Positions 43,597-52,358 of a stretch of DNA of 64,000 bases are shown here, one piece after another. Position 1 is the stretch's first letter. The number at the start of each line of letters is the position of its first letter. Source of the stretch: Candidatus Bathyarchaeia archaeon. Lineage in GTDB: Archaea > Thermoproteota > Bathyarchaeia > Bathyarchaeales > Bathycorpusculaceae. The stretch lies in NCBI GenBank assembly GCA_038883855.1, contig JAVZLH010000003.1, positions 40,210-104,209 on the forward strand, read 5' to 3'. Made by a program: the position numbers and the translations under genes. The notes under the pieces are model-generated. The model searched no databases, was not told the DNA's origin, and saw only the letters and a program-made list of their open reading frames with translations.

Positions 43597-44031
43597 CTAT
43601 TCCACCGCGCTTGAAGTTATAGTTAACTCCGCGTTTGGAACCACGTGAATCCACCAGTCTAATGCTGTGAAGGAATCGTTGTAGTAGACTATGAGCCTTG
43701 CAACTGAGCCTATAGGCGCGTCACATGGAACCGTGCCATTCCACGTTAAAGTTTTACGCTGATTTGATTCAAGAGTCAAGATTTGAGGTATCCCACTCCA
43801 AGTCCACAATTCGCCTTCAAAAGCTATGTTAACATACCATGTGCCAACACTTTGTCCAGTGTTTTTAAAGTAAATCTTGACAATAAAAGTCTCACAAGGA
43901 GTTTTGTCGACAACACCTTTGCTGCAGCAGGCTAAACAAACCAGCTGCTGACCATTAGAACCCGAAGCTGCGAAAAATGCCATAATTATTAACGTAGCTA
44001 CTGCAAGAGTGAACAGAATAATCTTTTTCAT
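43597..44031 (-). CDS. hypothetical secreted protein
   Basis: Signal-peptide-like N-terminus followed by a beta-rich, Trp-rich domain. Confidence 0.6.
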   Translation of the reverse strand: MKKIILFTLAVATLIIMAFFAASGSNGQQLVCLACCSKGVVDKTPCETFIVKIYFKNTGQSVGTWYVNIAFEGELWTWSGIPQILTLESNQRKTLTWNGTVPCDAPIGSVARLIVYYNDSFTALDWWIHVVPNAELTITSSAVE

Positions 44032-44564
44032 TTTTGATTACCTTCTTCTATAGAATATACTTAGAAAGTCTGTTTTATCCGTTCTGCAAAATACTTCTAT
44101 AACAAAAAAATAGAAGTTTCGAGAGCATTCCAGATAACAGGTCATAAATCGTATCGTAGAATAGGATGGAAATATTTTCACCTGCAAACTCTTTCTTTTT
44201 CTATTTCTTGGAAATAAAACAATTTATTCTATTCTAATCTCTAAATGTCAGCAAACTAAAAGAACGTCTTAAACCTATGCTGATGTGCCATTTATTTGTC
44301 CAACCATTTGATGGTTTCAATTCTTTCTTCTCTTTCTTGATTTTGATTTTTGGACGGTTTTCTAGTCTAAACACGTCCAGAGTCAATTTATTGATTTCTC
44401 TTTAAACCGAATCATGTTCTTTGATATGCCTAAACAGGTCTTAACATCAACCGTACCGATCTTATTGAATACCGTCAATGCTGCACGCAAAGTATCGACG
44501 AATGGAAAATTTTATAAATGATAATGGGTATAATATTTGGCAATCGAAAAGGGGAGGAAGAATA

Positions 44565-45755
44565 ATGGCGAAAATGAAGTATTTGGCAGCATGGCCGGGT
44601 AGACTTGAGGTTCGAGAATGCGATATTCCAGAGCCAAAAGAAGGTCAAATACGTGTAAAAATAGAGTACGGTGGAATTTGCGGCACAGACATACACGTCC
44701 TCGAGGAAGGGTTCGGTCCCCATAGAATTAGTGGAGCAGCAACTTACCCGCTAGTGTTAGGGCATGAGTACTCTGCTGTTATAGACAAGAAAGGGCCAAA
44801 AGCAGATGAAAAGATGTTCTACCATACAGAAAAAATTCCAGAGGTAGGGGACCGGGTTTATTACGGCGTAGACTACTACAACTACATGAGTCCTTTCACA
44901 ATACGTGGCGCTGGTCAATGGGGAGGCCAATGGTTTTACGGTTTCTGTCCAATTGAAATGGGAGTGCGTGGTGCATGGGGTCAATATGTTATCCTTGAAC
45001 CTTACACCCATATCTGGAATATGAGCGAAGTTTCAGCCGAAGCCACAACGTTTGCCGAAATAAACACCGTTGGGCTTAGACAAGTCAACAGAGCTCTGAC
45101 GATGGCATCGGTATCCAGTTTTGATAGAGAGTTTGAGCTAGGAAATGCTTTGGTTTTGATATACGGTGCTGGACCAATAGGCAATGCCGTCCTTCTCAAC
45201 GTAAAACGCCACATGCCACTATCAGAAGTGATTCAAGTGGACCTGAATGACCATAGATTGGAAGTTGCAAAGAAAAATGGTGCGGACTATACAATTAATG
45301 CTAAAAAAACTACGCCCGCTGAAAGAGAAGAAATAATAAAGGACATAGCCACAAGGAAACCGAGACCAGACCTGGGAAGCGCGTGGGGAGTGGACATAGT
45401 ATTTGATTGTACAGGAAGGAACGCAAATGACGTGATTCCAGAAGGCATAAAAATGTGCAGACCTGGAGCAATTTTCATCGAAACTGGAGCATACGTCTTT
45501 AAGACAACCGGAACATTCACTTTGGATCCTCATGAATTCTGCACCAGAGAAATCATCATTACCTCCGGCTGGGCATACCCATTCTCCACAATAGACGAAT
45601 CCCTGAGGATGTTGCTGAAGGACAAAGATCTGCAAAGAAAATATGCTGCAATGATAACCCACAAACACGCTCTTGACGAGGGAATGGAAGCAATAAAATC
45701 AGCCATGCCACCGAGGTATGAGGGAGTAAAACACGTTTTTGACCCGTGGAAGTAA
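44565..45755 (+). CDS. zinc-binding alcohol/polyol dehydrogenase (MDR family)
   Basis: GICGTD, LGHE, GDRV, GAGPIG, DIVFDCTG. Start ATG 44565 follows GGAGG. Confidence 0.88.
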   Translation: MAKMKYLAAWPGRLEVRECDIPEPKEGQIRVKIEYGGICGTDIHVLEEGFGPHRISGAATYPLVLGHEYSAVIDKKGPKADEKMFYHTEKIPEVGDRVYYGVDYYNYMSPFTIRGAGQWGGQWFYGFCPIEMGVRGAWGQYVILEPYTHIWNMSEVSAEATTFAEINTVGLRQVNRALTMASVSSFDREFELGNALVLIYGAGPIGNAVLLNVKRHMPLSEVIQVDLNDHRLEVAKKNGADYTINAKKTTPAEREEIIKDIATRKPRPDLGSAWGVDIVFDCTGRNANDVIPEGIKMCRPGAIFIETGAYVFKTTGTFTLDPHEFCTREIIITSGWAYPFSTIDESLRMLLKDKDLQRKYAAMITHKHALDEGMEAIKSAMPPRYEGVKHVFDPWK

Positions 45756-46017
45756 AATAGAAACCCAACATCTTCCTTTTTTTATATAATACCTTAATTT
45801 TTGTTAAATTTCTTTTATACTAAAAATTACCAAACTATCTTTAAATTCAAATCTAATCTTTAGGTTAGTCTATCGTTGACATCAAGGTAAAAGTACTTCC
45901 TAGAAAAGCGGCAGTTTTAAAACATTGTCGATCGCTTACAATATATAAGTAAAGTTAATTAATGTGGAGGGAAACTTTTTATTTTCCCAAGTTAACTAGT
46001 CCCAAAGGGAAGGTATA

Positions 46018-47178
46018 ATGGACTTAATTGGATACGAAAGAGATGACGGATCTGTAGGTGTACGCAACCATGTGCTAGTGCTTCCTTCTGTGGCATGCGC
46101 GATGGAAGTTGCAATGCGTGTTGCCAACCAAGTGGAAGGGGCGAAGGCTCTCATTCACCATCAAGGGTGTACTCAAATGGGATTAGATCTTGAGATTACG
46201 CAACGTACACTGGCTGCTTTGGGTAGAAACCCAAATGTGGGAGCTGTCCTAATAGTTAGCCAAGGTTGCGAAAGTGTATCCGTAGAACGATTAGCTGACG
46301 ACATCGCCAAAGTTGGAAAGCCCGTTGAAATAGTAACAATTCAAGAGTTAGGAGGAGTTGTTAAAACAGTAGCGCGCGGCGTTAGCATCGCAAGAAAGAT
46401 GGTGCAAGAAGTCTCTCAAATCAGGAGGAAAACTTTCGATGTGAGTGACTTAACTATAGGTATTAAGTGCGGTGCGTCTGATGCAACATCTGGTATAGCT
46501 TCAAATCCAGCGGTTGGGGTAGCGTCGGACAAAATCCTGAATAATGGAGGAACTGTGATTTTCGGTGAAACTACTGAATTAATAGGAGCTGAGCATATAA
46601 TAGCTAAGAGAACTGTTAGTGATGTGGTAAGTAAAAAAATCTATGAAATTGTTGAAAGGATGGAGAACAGGGCAAAGGAGGTTGGAGTAGACATGAGAGG
46701 TACACAACCAACCCCAGGAAACATAAAGGGAGGGTTGACAACAATCGAAGAAAAGTCTCTAGGAACTATACGCAAAGCTGGGACATCCTTAATACAAGGA
46801 GTACTTGAATACGCTGAAAGCCCAAAGGGAAAAGGACTATATGTAATGGATACTCCTGGAAGAGAACCTGAGGCATTGACGGGATTTGTTGCAGGAGGAG
46901 CGCAAATATTATTATTTACAACTGGAAGAGGTGCAACACAAGGATATCCTATTGTACCTGTTATCAAGATAACCGGAAACTCAGAGACTTATAAAAAAAT
47001 GATCGATGACATTGATATAGACGTAAGCTCTATTATTGAAGGAAAAGAAACAATTGAGGAGGCGGGTAACCGAATATACCTCGAAATTCTAAAGGTAGCT
47101 TCAGGCAAAAAAACTAAAGCTGAATCTTTTGGGTGCGCAGAACCCGCGGATATTTACAGAATTGGACACACTTTTTAA
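46018..47178 (+). CDS. UxaA/GarD-family dehydratase, catalytic (C-terminal) subunit
   Basis: GY.R.DG.VGVRNH, HQGC, NPNV, GCE, KCGASD..SG..SNP, GETTE, PGN..GGLTTIEEKSLG, FTTGRG. Confidence 0.9.
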   Translation: MDLIGYERDDGSVGVRNHVLVLPSVACAMEVAMRVANQVEGAKALIHHQGCTQMGLDLEITQRTLAALGRNPNVGAVLIVSQGCESVSVERLADDIAKVGKPVEIVTIQELGGVVKTVARGVSIARKMVQEVSQIRRKTFDVSDLTIGIKCGASDATSGIASNPAVGVASDKILNNGGTVIFGETTELIGAEHIIAKRTVSDVVSKKIYEIVERMENRAKEVGVDMRGTQPTPGNIKGGLTTIEEKSLGTIRKAGTSLIQGVLEYAESPKGKGLYVMDTPGREPEALTGFVAGGAQILLFTTGRGATQGYPIVPVIKITGNSETYKKMIDDIDIDVSSIIEGKETIEEAGNRIYLEILKVASGKKTKAESFGCAEPADIYRIGHTF

Positions 47179-47197
47179 TGATAAGGAAGGGAATTGT

Positions 47198-47473
47198 ATG
47201 GGAAAAGCAATAGTAATCGATCCTAAGGATAATGTCGCAACAGCATTAAGCGAAATTAGCTCAGGGGAAGTTGTTGAAATAAAGATAGGAAAAATCGTGA
47301 AAAATATCCAGGCAAAAAACACTATACCTTTTGGGCACAAACTCGCAATAAAAAGAATAGAAAAAGGAGAAGCTGTAATAAAATACGGAGAAGCAATAGG
47401 CAAAGCTACGAGAACAATAGAAGAAGGAGAACATGCACACATACATAACATAGAAAGCACACGAGGCCGATAA
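47198..47473 (+). CDS. UxaA-family SAF-domain small subunit
   Basis: DNVATAL, IPFGHKLA, VIKYGE.IG.A, GEH.H.HN. Confidence 0.9.
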   Translation: MGKAIVIDPKDNVATALSEISSGEVVEIKIGKIVKNIQAKNTIPFGHKLAIKRIEKGEAVIKYGEAIGKATRTIEEGEHAHIHNIESTRGR

Positions 47474-47669
47474 AATGGCCACAAAAATTTGCTTCGCTTT
47501 ACAAGCGAGTTTGACAGCATCAAACCATGTCTTCGGTGGTCATCTGAAAAGAAAAAGTCAATTGACTCCTCATGCAATTACTTTTTATTCGGCAAGTTAT
47601 CAAAGTAAAGAAAGAGATGCATGTGCAATGCATTCACCACTATACTTTAAATTTGGAGGAAAATAAAAA

Positions 47670-48890
47670 ATGGATTTGAGAGAGAAATTGAATTTACATA
47701 TATCAGAGATAAAAAAAGCACTGTTTGGTATGGATGAAGTAATAAAAATTTTTTGTCTTACAAAAGCAGTTGGTCTCTCCACTCTACTTCTAGGGGATCA
47801 TGGAGTAGCAAAATCCGATCTATTCCGGAAATGGTCTATTAGCTGCGGACTTGACTACAGGATTGTGACAAGTTCTGAGGTTGATGAAGGGCTTTTAGCC
47901 TATATAGATCCTGCTCATTTCAGAAAATATAACGAGGTTAAAATGAGACCTGGTGAACTAATGCTCAGGGACCACATATTAATTGATGAATATTTCTTGT
48001 GGAACAATAAGTACCGAGCAAAACTTCACCAGCTTCTGGAAGAAGGGACATATGCTGGATGTAAAGTCCAAACTAAAGCATACACATTTTCTTCAACTCC
48101 ACTAACCGAATATTACGCTGGGCAAATTTCCGACGTTAACATTGCAACCCAAGATCGGATTGATACGGTTCTTCTCATGTTCCAACCTGACATTACTTCC
48201 ACCGAAAAGCTTCTTAGGAAGTTTTCGGAGCAAGGTGCACATGAAGACGTCCCCCAGGAAAAATATACGCCAAAGCAAGTCATCTCATGGGATGATTATA
48301 TCCAAATGAAGAAAGAAATTCTAAAAGTAGAAATACCGCCAGAAACTGCTAGATGGCTTATTCTTTTCGCTGAATCTATGTCTTCTTGTAAATATGTCAA
48401 TTCTAAGTTTGGTGTATCGAAAGCTGAACTGCGAAAATTGTGCCGGGGATGTAACGAGCAGGAGAATATTTGTTCCCGAGTAGCAATCAGCAAACCTAGG
48501 TTTATACGAGCTACTGTATTACTAGCAAAGGCGATTGCTTGGTTTAATAAGAGAAATTTTGTAGACGTTAGTGATGTGCGAGAAGCTATAAAGTATACTC
48601 TACCACATCGACTTGTATTTCTAAGACGAGAAAGAAATATTCAAGAAGCATTTAGTTATGTAAACAGATTAGTTGCAACATTTGATGAGGAGTATGATAA
48701 CTGGAAAAGCAGAGGGATATTTCAAACGTTGGAAGCCATTTCAGCAAATGCCAAATCTTATGGCGAAAGGCAATCTGAACAAGAGTTAGTTGATAAACTT
48801 TTGGTAGAAACTCAGGAGTGCTTGCCGATTAGCAAATATGTTACTGAAACCATTAAAAATCTAGAAATACCGACGAAATACGATAATTAA
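47670..48890 (+). CDS. MoxR/RavA-like AAA+ ATPase
   Basis: LFGMDEVI, Walker A GDHGVAKS, Walker B ILIDE, A..DR, KYTLPHRL lid. Confidence 0.8.
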   Translation: MDLREKLNLHISEIKKALFGMDEVIKIFCLTKAVGLSTLLLGDHGVAKSDLFRKWSISCGLDYRIVTSSEVDEGLLAYIDPAHFRKYNEVKMRPGELMLRDHILIDEYFLWNNKYRAKLHQLLEEGTYAGCKVQTKAYTFSSTPLTEYYAGQISDVNIATQDRIDTVLLMFQPDITSTEKLLRKFSEQGAHEDVPQEKYTPKQVISWDDYIQMKKEILKVEIPPETARWLILFAESMSSCKYVNSKFGVSKAELRKLCRGCNEQENICSRVAISKPRFIRATVLLAKAIAWFNKRNFVDVSDVREAIKYTLPHRLVFLRRERNIQEAFSYVNRLVATFDEEYDNWKSRGIFQTLEAISANAKSYGERQSEQELVDKLLVETQECLPISKYVTETIKNLEIPTKYDN

Positions 48891-48936
48891 ATTCTTTAGA
48901 ATATCTCTTAAGCATGTTTAAAATTAAAATTTAAGT

Positions 48937-49857
48937 GTGACTTTGATGGAAGGTATATTAGGCATCGAGATGTTAGATTCCGAAGAAATCGTTCTCATAA
49001 CTCCAGATAAGGTAGCCCAGATAAGACAAGAAATAAAAGATAGTCTAATTAAGTGCAGAAGAATATGTAATCCTATCAGTCCCAGAATGCGTTTGGTGTT
49101 TCATGTTCATCCTGAAGAAAGATACGAAAGCGACGTGGGTGTTCTTAAAATTCTGACACCTGTTTGGAGAGGAAAAACTTTTACAGAAGCAGTAATAATG
49201 CATGAACTTCTACGTTGGTGTATATATCCAAAAGATAAACATAGATTAGAGAAGGATATATTAACTGCGAGAAGGATGTTGGCCAAAGAATTGTCTTTCA
49301 AACCCAAGAAAACAAATTCGCTATACGACGATGATTGGACAGGTTTCGGGTATACTCTCAATGAGTTAGCGTTTGCGGCAGATATGTTAGGCCGTTATTT
49401 AGTTAATCTTCATTTATATTATCATTATAATGATTTGTGGAATAAAATATGGCATTATTTCCATCCAGATGCCGCATTTCTTAGTAGCAGCAGGTGGCCA
49501 CCTAAGATCGACTATATTCGTCTTTTGTACTTAGTTACGTATCCAAAGTTGATGCCTAATTTACAAAAAATAAATCTGAATGTCGCTGAGATAGAGTCAG
49601 ATTCAAGAAAAATAGCGACTCTCATTGAGAAAACCCGAAAAGGGGAGATGAGCAAAGCATTTGCTTTAAAAGAACTAACTAAGATAATTCATAAATACCT
49701 AAAAAGGATGGATGAAGAAAGAAGGAATAAAGGAAACGGATTTGATCAGGAGAATACACCCAAATGTCCACGATGTGGAAGTGAAGAATTTGAGATAGTT
49801 GCATACCAAGACGAAAAAACAGGTAGCTGGATCACTTTAAAAGAGGGTTCTACTTGA
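48937..49857 (+). CDS. hypothetical protein with degenerate HExxH motif and C-terminal CxxC
   Basis: VIMHELLRW..YP and a downstream D...N, resembling VWA-associated metallopeptidase-like domains; ends with CPRCG. Confidence 0.65.
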   Translation: MTLMEGILGIEMLDSEEIVLITPDKVAQIRQEIKDSLIKCRRICNPISPRMRLVFHVHPEERYESDVGVLKILTPVWRGKTFTEAVIMHELLRWCIYPKDKHRLEKDILTARRMLAKELSFKPKKTNSLYDDDWTGFGYTLNELAFAADMLGRYLVNLHLYYHYNDLWNKIWHYFHPDAAFLSSSRWPPKIDYIRLLYLVTYPKLMPNLQKINLNVAEIESDSRKIATLIEKTRKGEMSKAFALKELTKIIHKYLKRMDEERRNKGNGFDQENTPKCPRCGSEEFEIVAYQDEKTGSWITLKEGST

Positions 49858-50879
49858 AAGTTAGGGTTCGATGTTGCAAGTGTGGGTGGGAATCGACTGG
49901 AGAGATAAATCTTTCTCCACTAGACGTTCTTGCACCAAAAGAACCTAACCTCAACCTTGAGGATCAGAAACAGCAAATTCAGAACCTTCTAGGTACCGCT
50001 ACGGGAGCCTCTGATAGTGGAATAAGGAATCCAGACATTAAGGTCACTAAAGAAAGTGATATAGAGGAGGATGAACTCAATGAAATCTACGATTTCATAC
50101 TGCGCGATATAGTTTATACTAACGATAGGAGATTATCCACTGGAGATAAATACAAAATATCCGCTGTCCCATGGAGAATGGGTGATCAATTCAAGGATGT
50201 GGATATAACCTCTTCAGAAGTAAAGGCGCTAGGAATTGAGGACTTAAGATGGATACCTGGATTTAGTCTTCAGGTTAAAGAATACGATTTTGTCAAATCG
50301 AATGACAAAGAAATGTTGAGGGGATCGAGATTTATCGTTTTTCTTGACGTCTCTGGCAGTATGTTTGCAGAGGGTTCTATGGACAGACTGCCTTACGCGG
50401 GGATGCCTAAATCGATGCCGAAGACAAAGATAGGTAAGGCATTACTAATAGCTGAAAGAATTTATCAATTATGCAAACGTTTAGATGTGGAGTTTAATCT
50501 GGCAGTTTTTTCGGACACGGCGGCTAGAATACCTGCCGATAAGTTAGATACTTTTTTCAACCTAACGTTTTCCCCCGGTCTATTTGCTGGAGGAACAACC
50601 TTATCTAAGGCTCTGTCTTTGTATACTAGCAAGGAATATAAGAATAGCAATCTGTTAATTATAAGCGATATGGATTTGGCTGATGCGGAAAAAACTAAGG
50701 ATCAAATAAAAAAGATAGGCAGGGTAACCAACTCTTTCAAAATATTGCTTTTTCCGAGTTCTCCACGTGCGCATACACCTGTTCAGTTTGAAGATCTTAA
50801 ACGTGAACAACAGCGTAAAGTCAAGAATATATTTTCAGGCTACAATGTCAAAATTTTGAGGATTTACTTAACTAAATAA
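49854..50879 (+). CDS. von Willebrand factor A (VWA) domain protein
   Basis: MIDAS LDVSGSM, GGT, IISD; N-terminal CCKCG. Confidence 0.82.
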   Translation: MKVRVRCCKCGWESTGEINLSPLDVLAPKEPNLNLEDQKQQIQNLLGTATGASDSGIRNPDIKVTKESDIEEDELNEIYDFILRDIVYTNDRRLSTGDKYKISAVPWRMGDQFKDVDITSSEVKALGIEDLRWIPGFSLQVKEYDFVKSNDKEMLRGSRFIVFLDVSGSMFAEGSMDRLPYAGMPKSMPKTKIGKALLIAERIYQLCKRLDVEFNLAVFSDTAARIPADKLDTFFNLTFSPGLFAGGTTLSKALSLYTSKEYKNSNLLIISDMDLADAEKTKDQIKKIGRVTNSFKILLFPSSPRAHTPVQFEDLKREQQRKVKNIFSGYNVKILRIYLTK

Positions 50880-51164
50880 GCTCTAGTTTCACTCTAAATG
50901 CCCATTTTAAAACTGCATTTCAAGTTAGGTGTCTAACATTTAAAATTTAACTTATCATGCTCTAGGTGAACGCAAATTTGCTTAACTTAGAAGTGGGCCC
51001 CATCAGCACCTCTTCGGCATAAACCTTTTCAAAAGTTGTGTTTTAACCCGCGCAGTGTTTAACAAATACTCGCGACTGTACCCAGAATCATTAAGTGCGT
51101 GTCTTGGTTAAATGGCCATTTAATAAAGTTAAAAAATGGGAAAAATGGGGGAAAGGGGTGGGGG

Positions 51165-51998
51165 TTATTTTTCCGTTTTCGGAAGACTGGGCCTAATTAG
51201 GAAGTCGTAGAAGTACGCAGCGATGACGCCGCCAACTATTGTGGAGATAGTTGGAACCCACCAGAGACCTCTGGAACCTGGAAAAGCCATTTCACCCCAT
51301 CCCATTAGGTAAGCCCAGATTCTTGGGCCTAAATCTCGAACTGGGCCAAATGCACACATGCCGATAGGTGCCTCAATAGCGATCCCTATGGCAATTACAA
51401 GTCCAATGATGACCGCTGCACCCAAGCCACCTGGTCGCCCAGGATTCCTTTCGTCAATCAAAGCGAAAATCATTAGCACCAAAAAGAAGGCCATTGCAGC
51501 TTCTGCAAAGAAATACAGCGCTGGAGGTATGATGTCGTAGGACCACCCCATAGCTGACCTAATCGCTGGATGCGGACTGCTACAGTAGAACAACATTCCA
51601 CTGAGTTCACTGCCCACCTGACCCCGTACTATCCCCATTTTTGTTTCAAAATCTACAATGTAGGGTTCCCACATGTAGTATACTAGCGCTCCACCACCTA
51701 TTATCGCGCCTATCAATTGAGAGATCATGTATGCAATGCCATCTTTCACGGGCATCTTTCTACGCAGCATCATTGGGATTGTTACTTGCCAGTTAAGTTG
51801 TGCGCCTGAAATGCTTCCAACCAAATAAACGGCGAAAGCCACCGCTCCTCCCCAAATTAGTCCAACGGCCCATAAGTTGTAGAGATTAACAGCACCCAAA
51901 GCTACTCCGCAGACTACGCTGGAGTTTCCGATGAACAGCACAAGGGCGATTCCAACGAATTCAGCAAAGCATCTTTTTCCTAAATTTGGCGAACTCAA
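51165..51998 (-). CDS. MIP/aquaglyceroporin (GlpF-like) channel with non-canonical NPA motifs
   Basis: AEFVG, ISGAQLNWQVT, GlpF-like loop C, FFAE, GPVRDLGPR, WWVP...G. Likely TTG start at 51998 after GGAGAGGAG. Confidence 0.88.
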   Translation of the reverse strand: MSSPNLGKRCFAEFVGIALVLFIGNSSVVCGVALGAVNLYNLWAVGLIWGGAVAFAVYLVGSISGAQLNWQVTIPMMLRRKMPVKDGIAYMISQLIGAIIGGGALVYYMWEPYIVDFETKMGIVRGQVGSELSGMLFYCSSPHPAIRSAMGWSYDIIPPALYFFAEAAMAFFLVLMIFALIDERNPGRPGGLGAAVIIGLVIAIGIAIEAPIGMCAFGPVRDLGPRIWAYLMGWGEMAFPGSRGLWWVPTISTIVGGVIAAYFYDFLIRPSLPKTEK

Positions 51999-52358
51999 CT
52001 CAAAGCTCCTCTCCTTCCACTTTAACAAACGTTCTACATTTTTCGTGTATGACGTATAAAAGGTTTTCCTAATATCTGATGTTGACCCAGAATTTTTGGC
52101 TTTCTTTGATGTTATATAAGACTCCAGCGGCATATTTTGGCAGATTTCGTCTTTACGTTTGTTTTGTTCTACCTCTCCAATCTTTCCCTTTATTACATTT
52201 GTTCTTTTTCTAACAATAGGGTTTGAGTTTGCCACCGCTCTGCTCTGATTATGCCTTCGTAAATCCCTTTAAAATAAGATAGCCAGTACAACGATTGCAA
52301 ATAAATTGCTGTGTGTGTACTAATTATTTTTCAGTCTTCAGCTTTATGGGAATAGAAG

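Noticed and set aside
46018-47473. SuyAB sulfolactate sulfo-lyase / DHPS pathway
   Set aside because: The two-subunit layout fits, but the motifs are PSVAC/HQGC/GCE rather than the PVDD/HAYGR/GIEP I recall for SuyB, and no sulfite exporter is nearby. Not excluded, but unsupported.
51999-52235. 79-aa N-terminal extension of the MIP channel
   Set aside because: Probably an ORF-caller overextension; a strong RBS precedes TTG at 51998.
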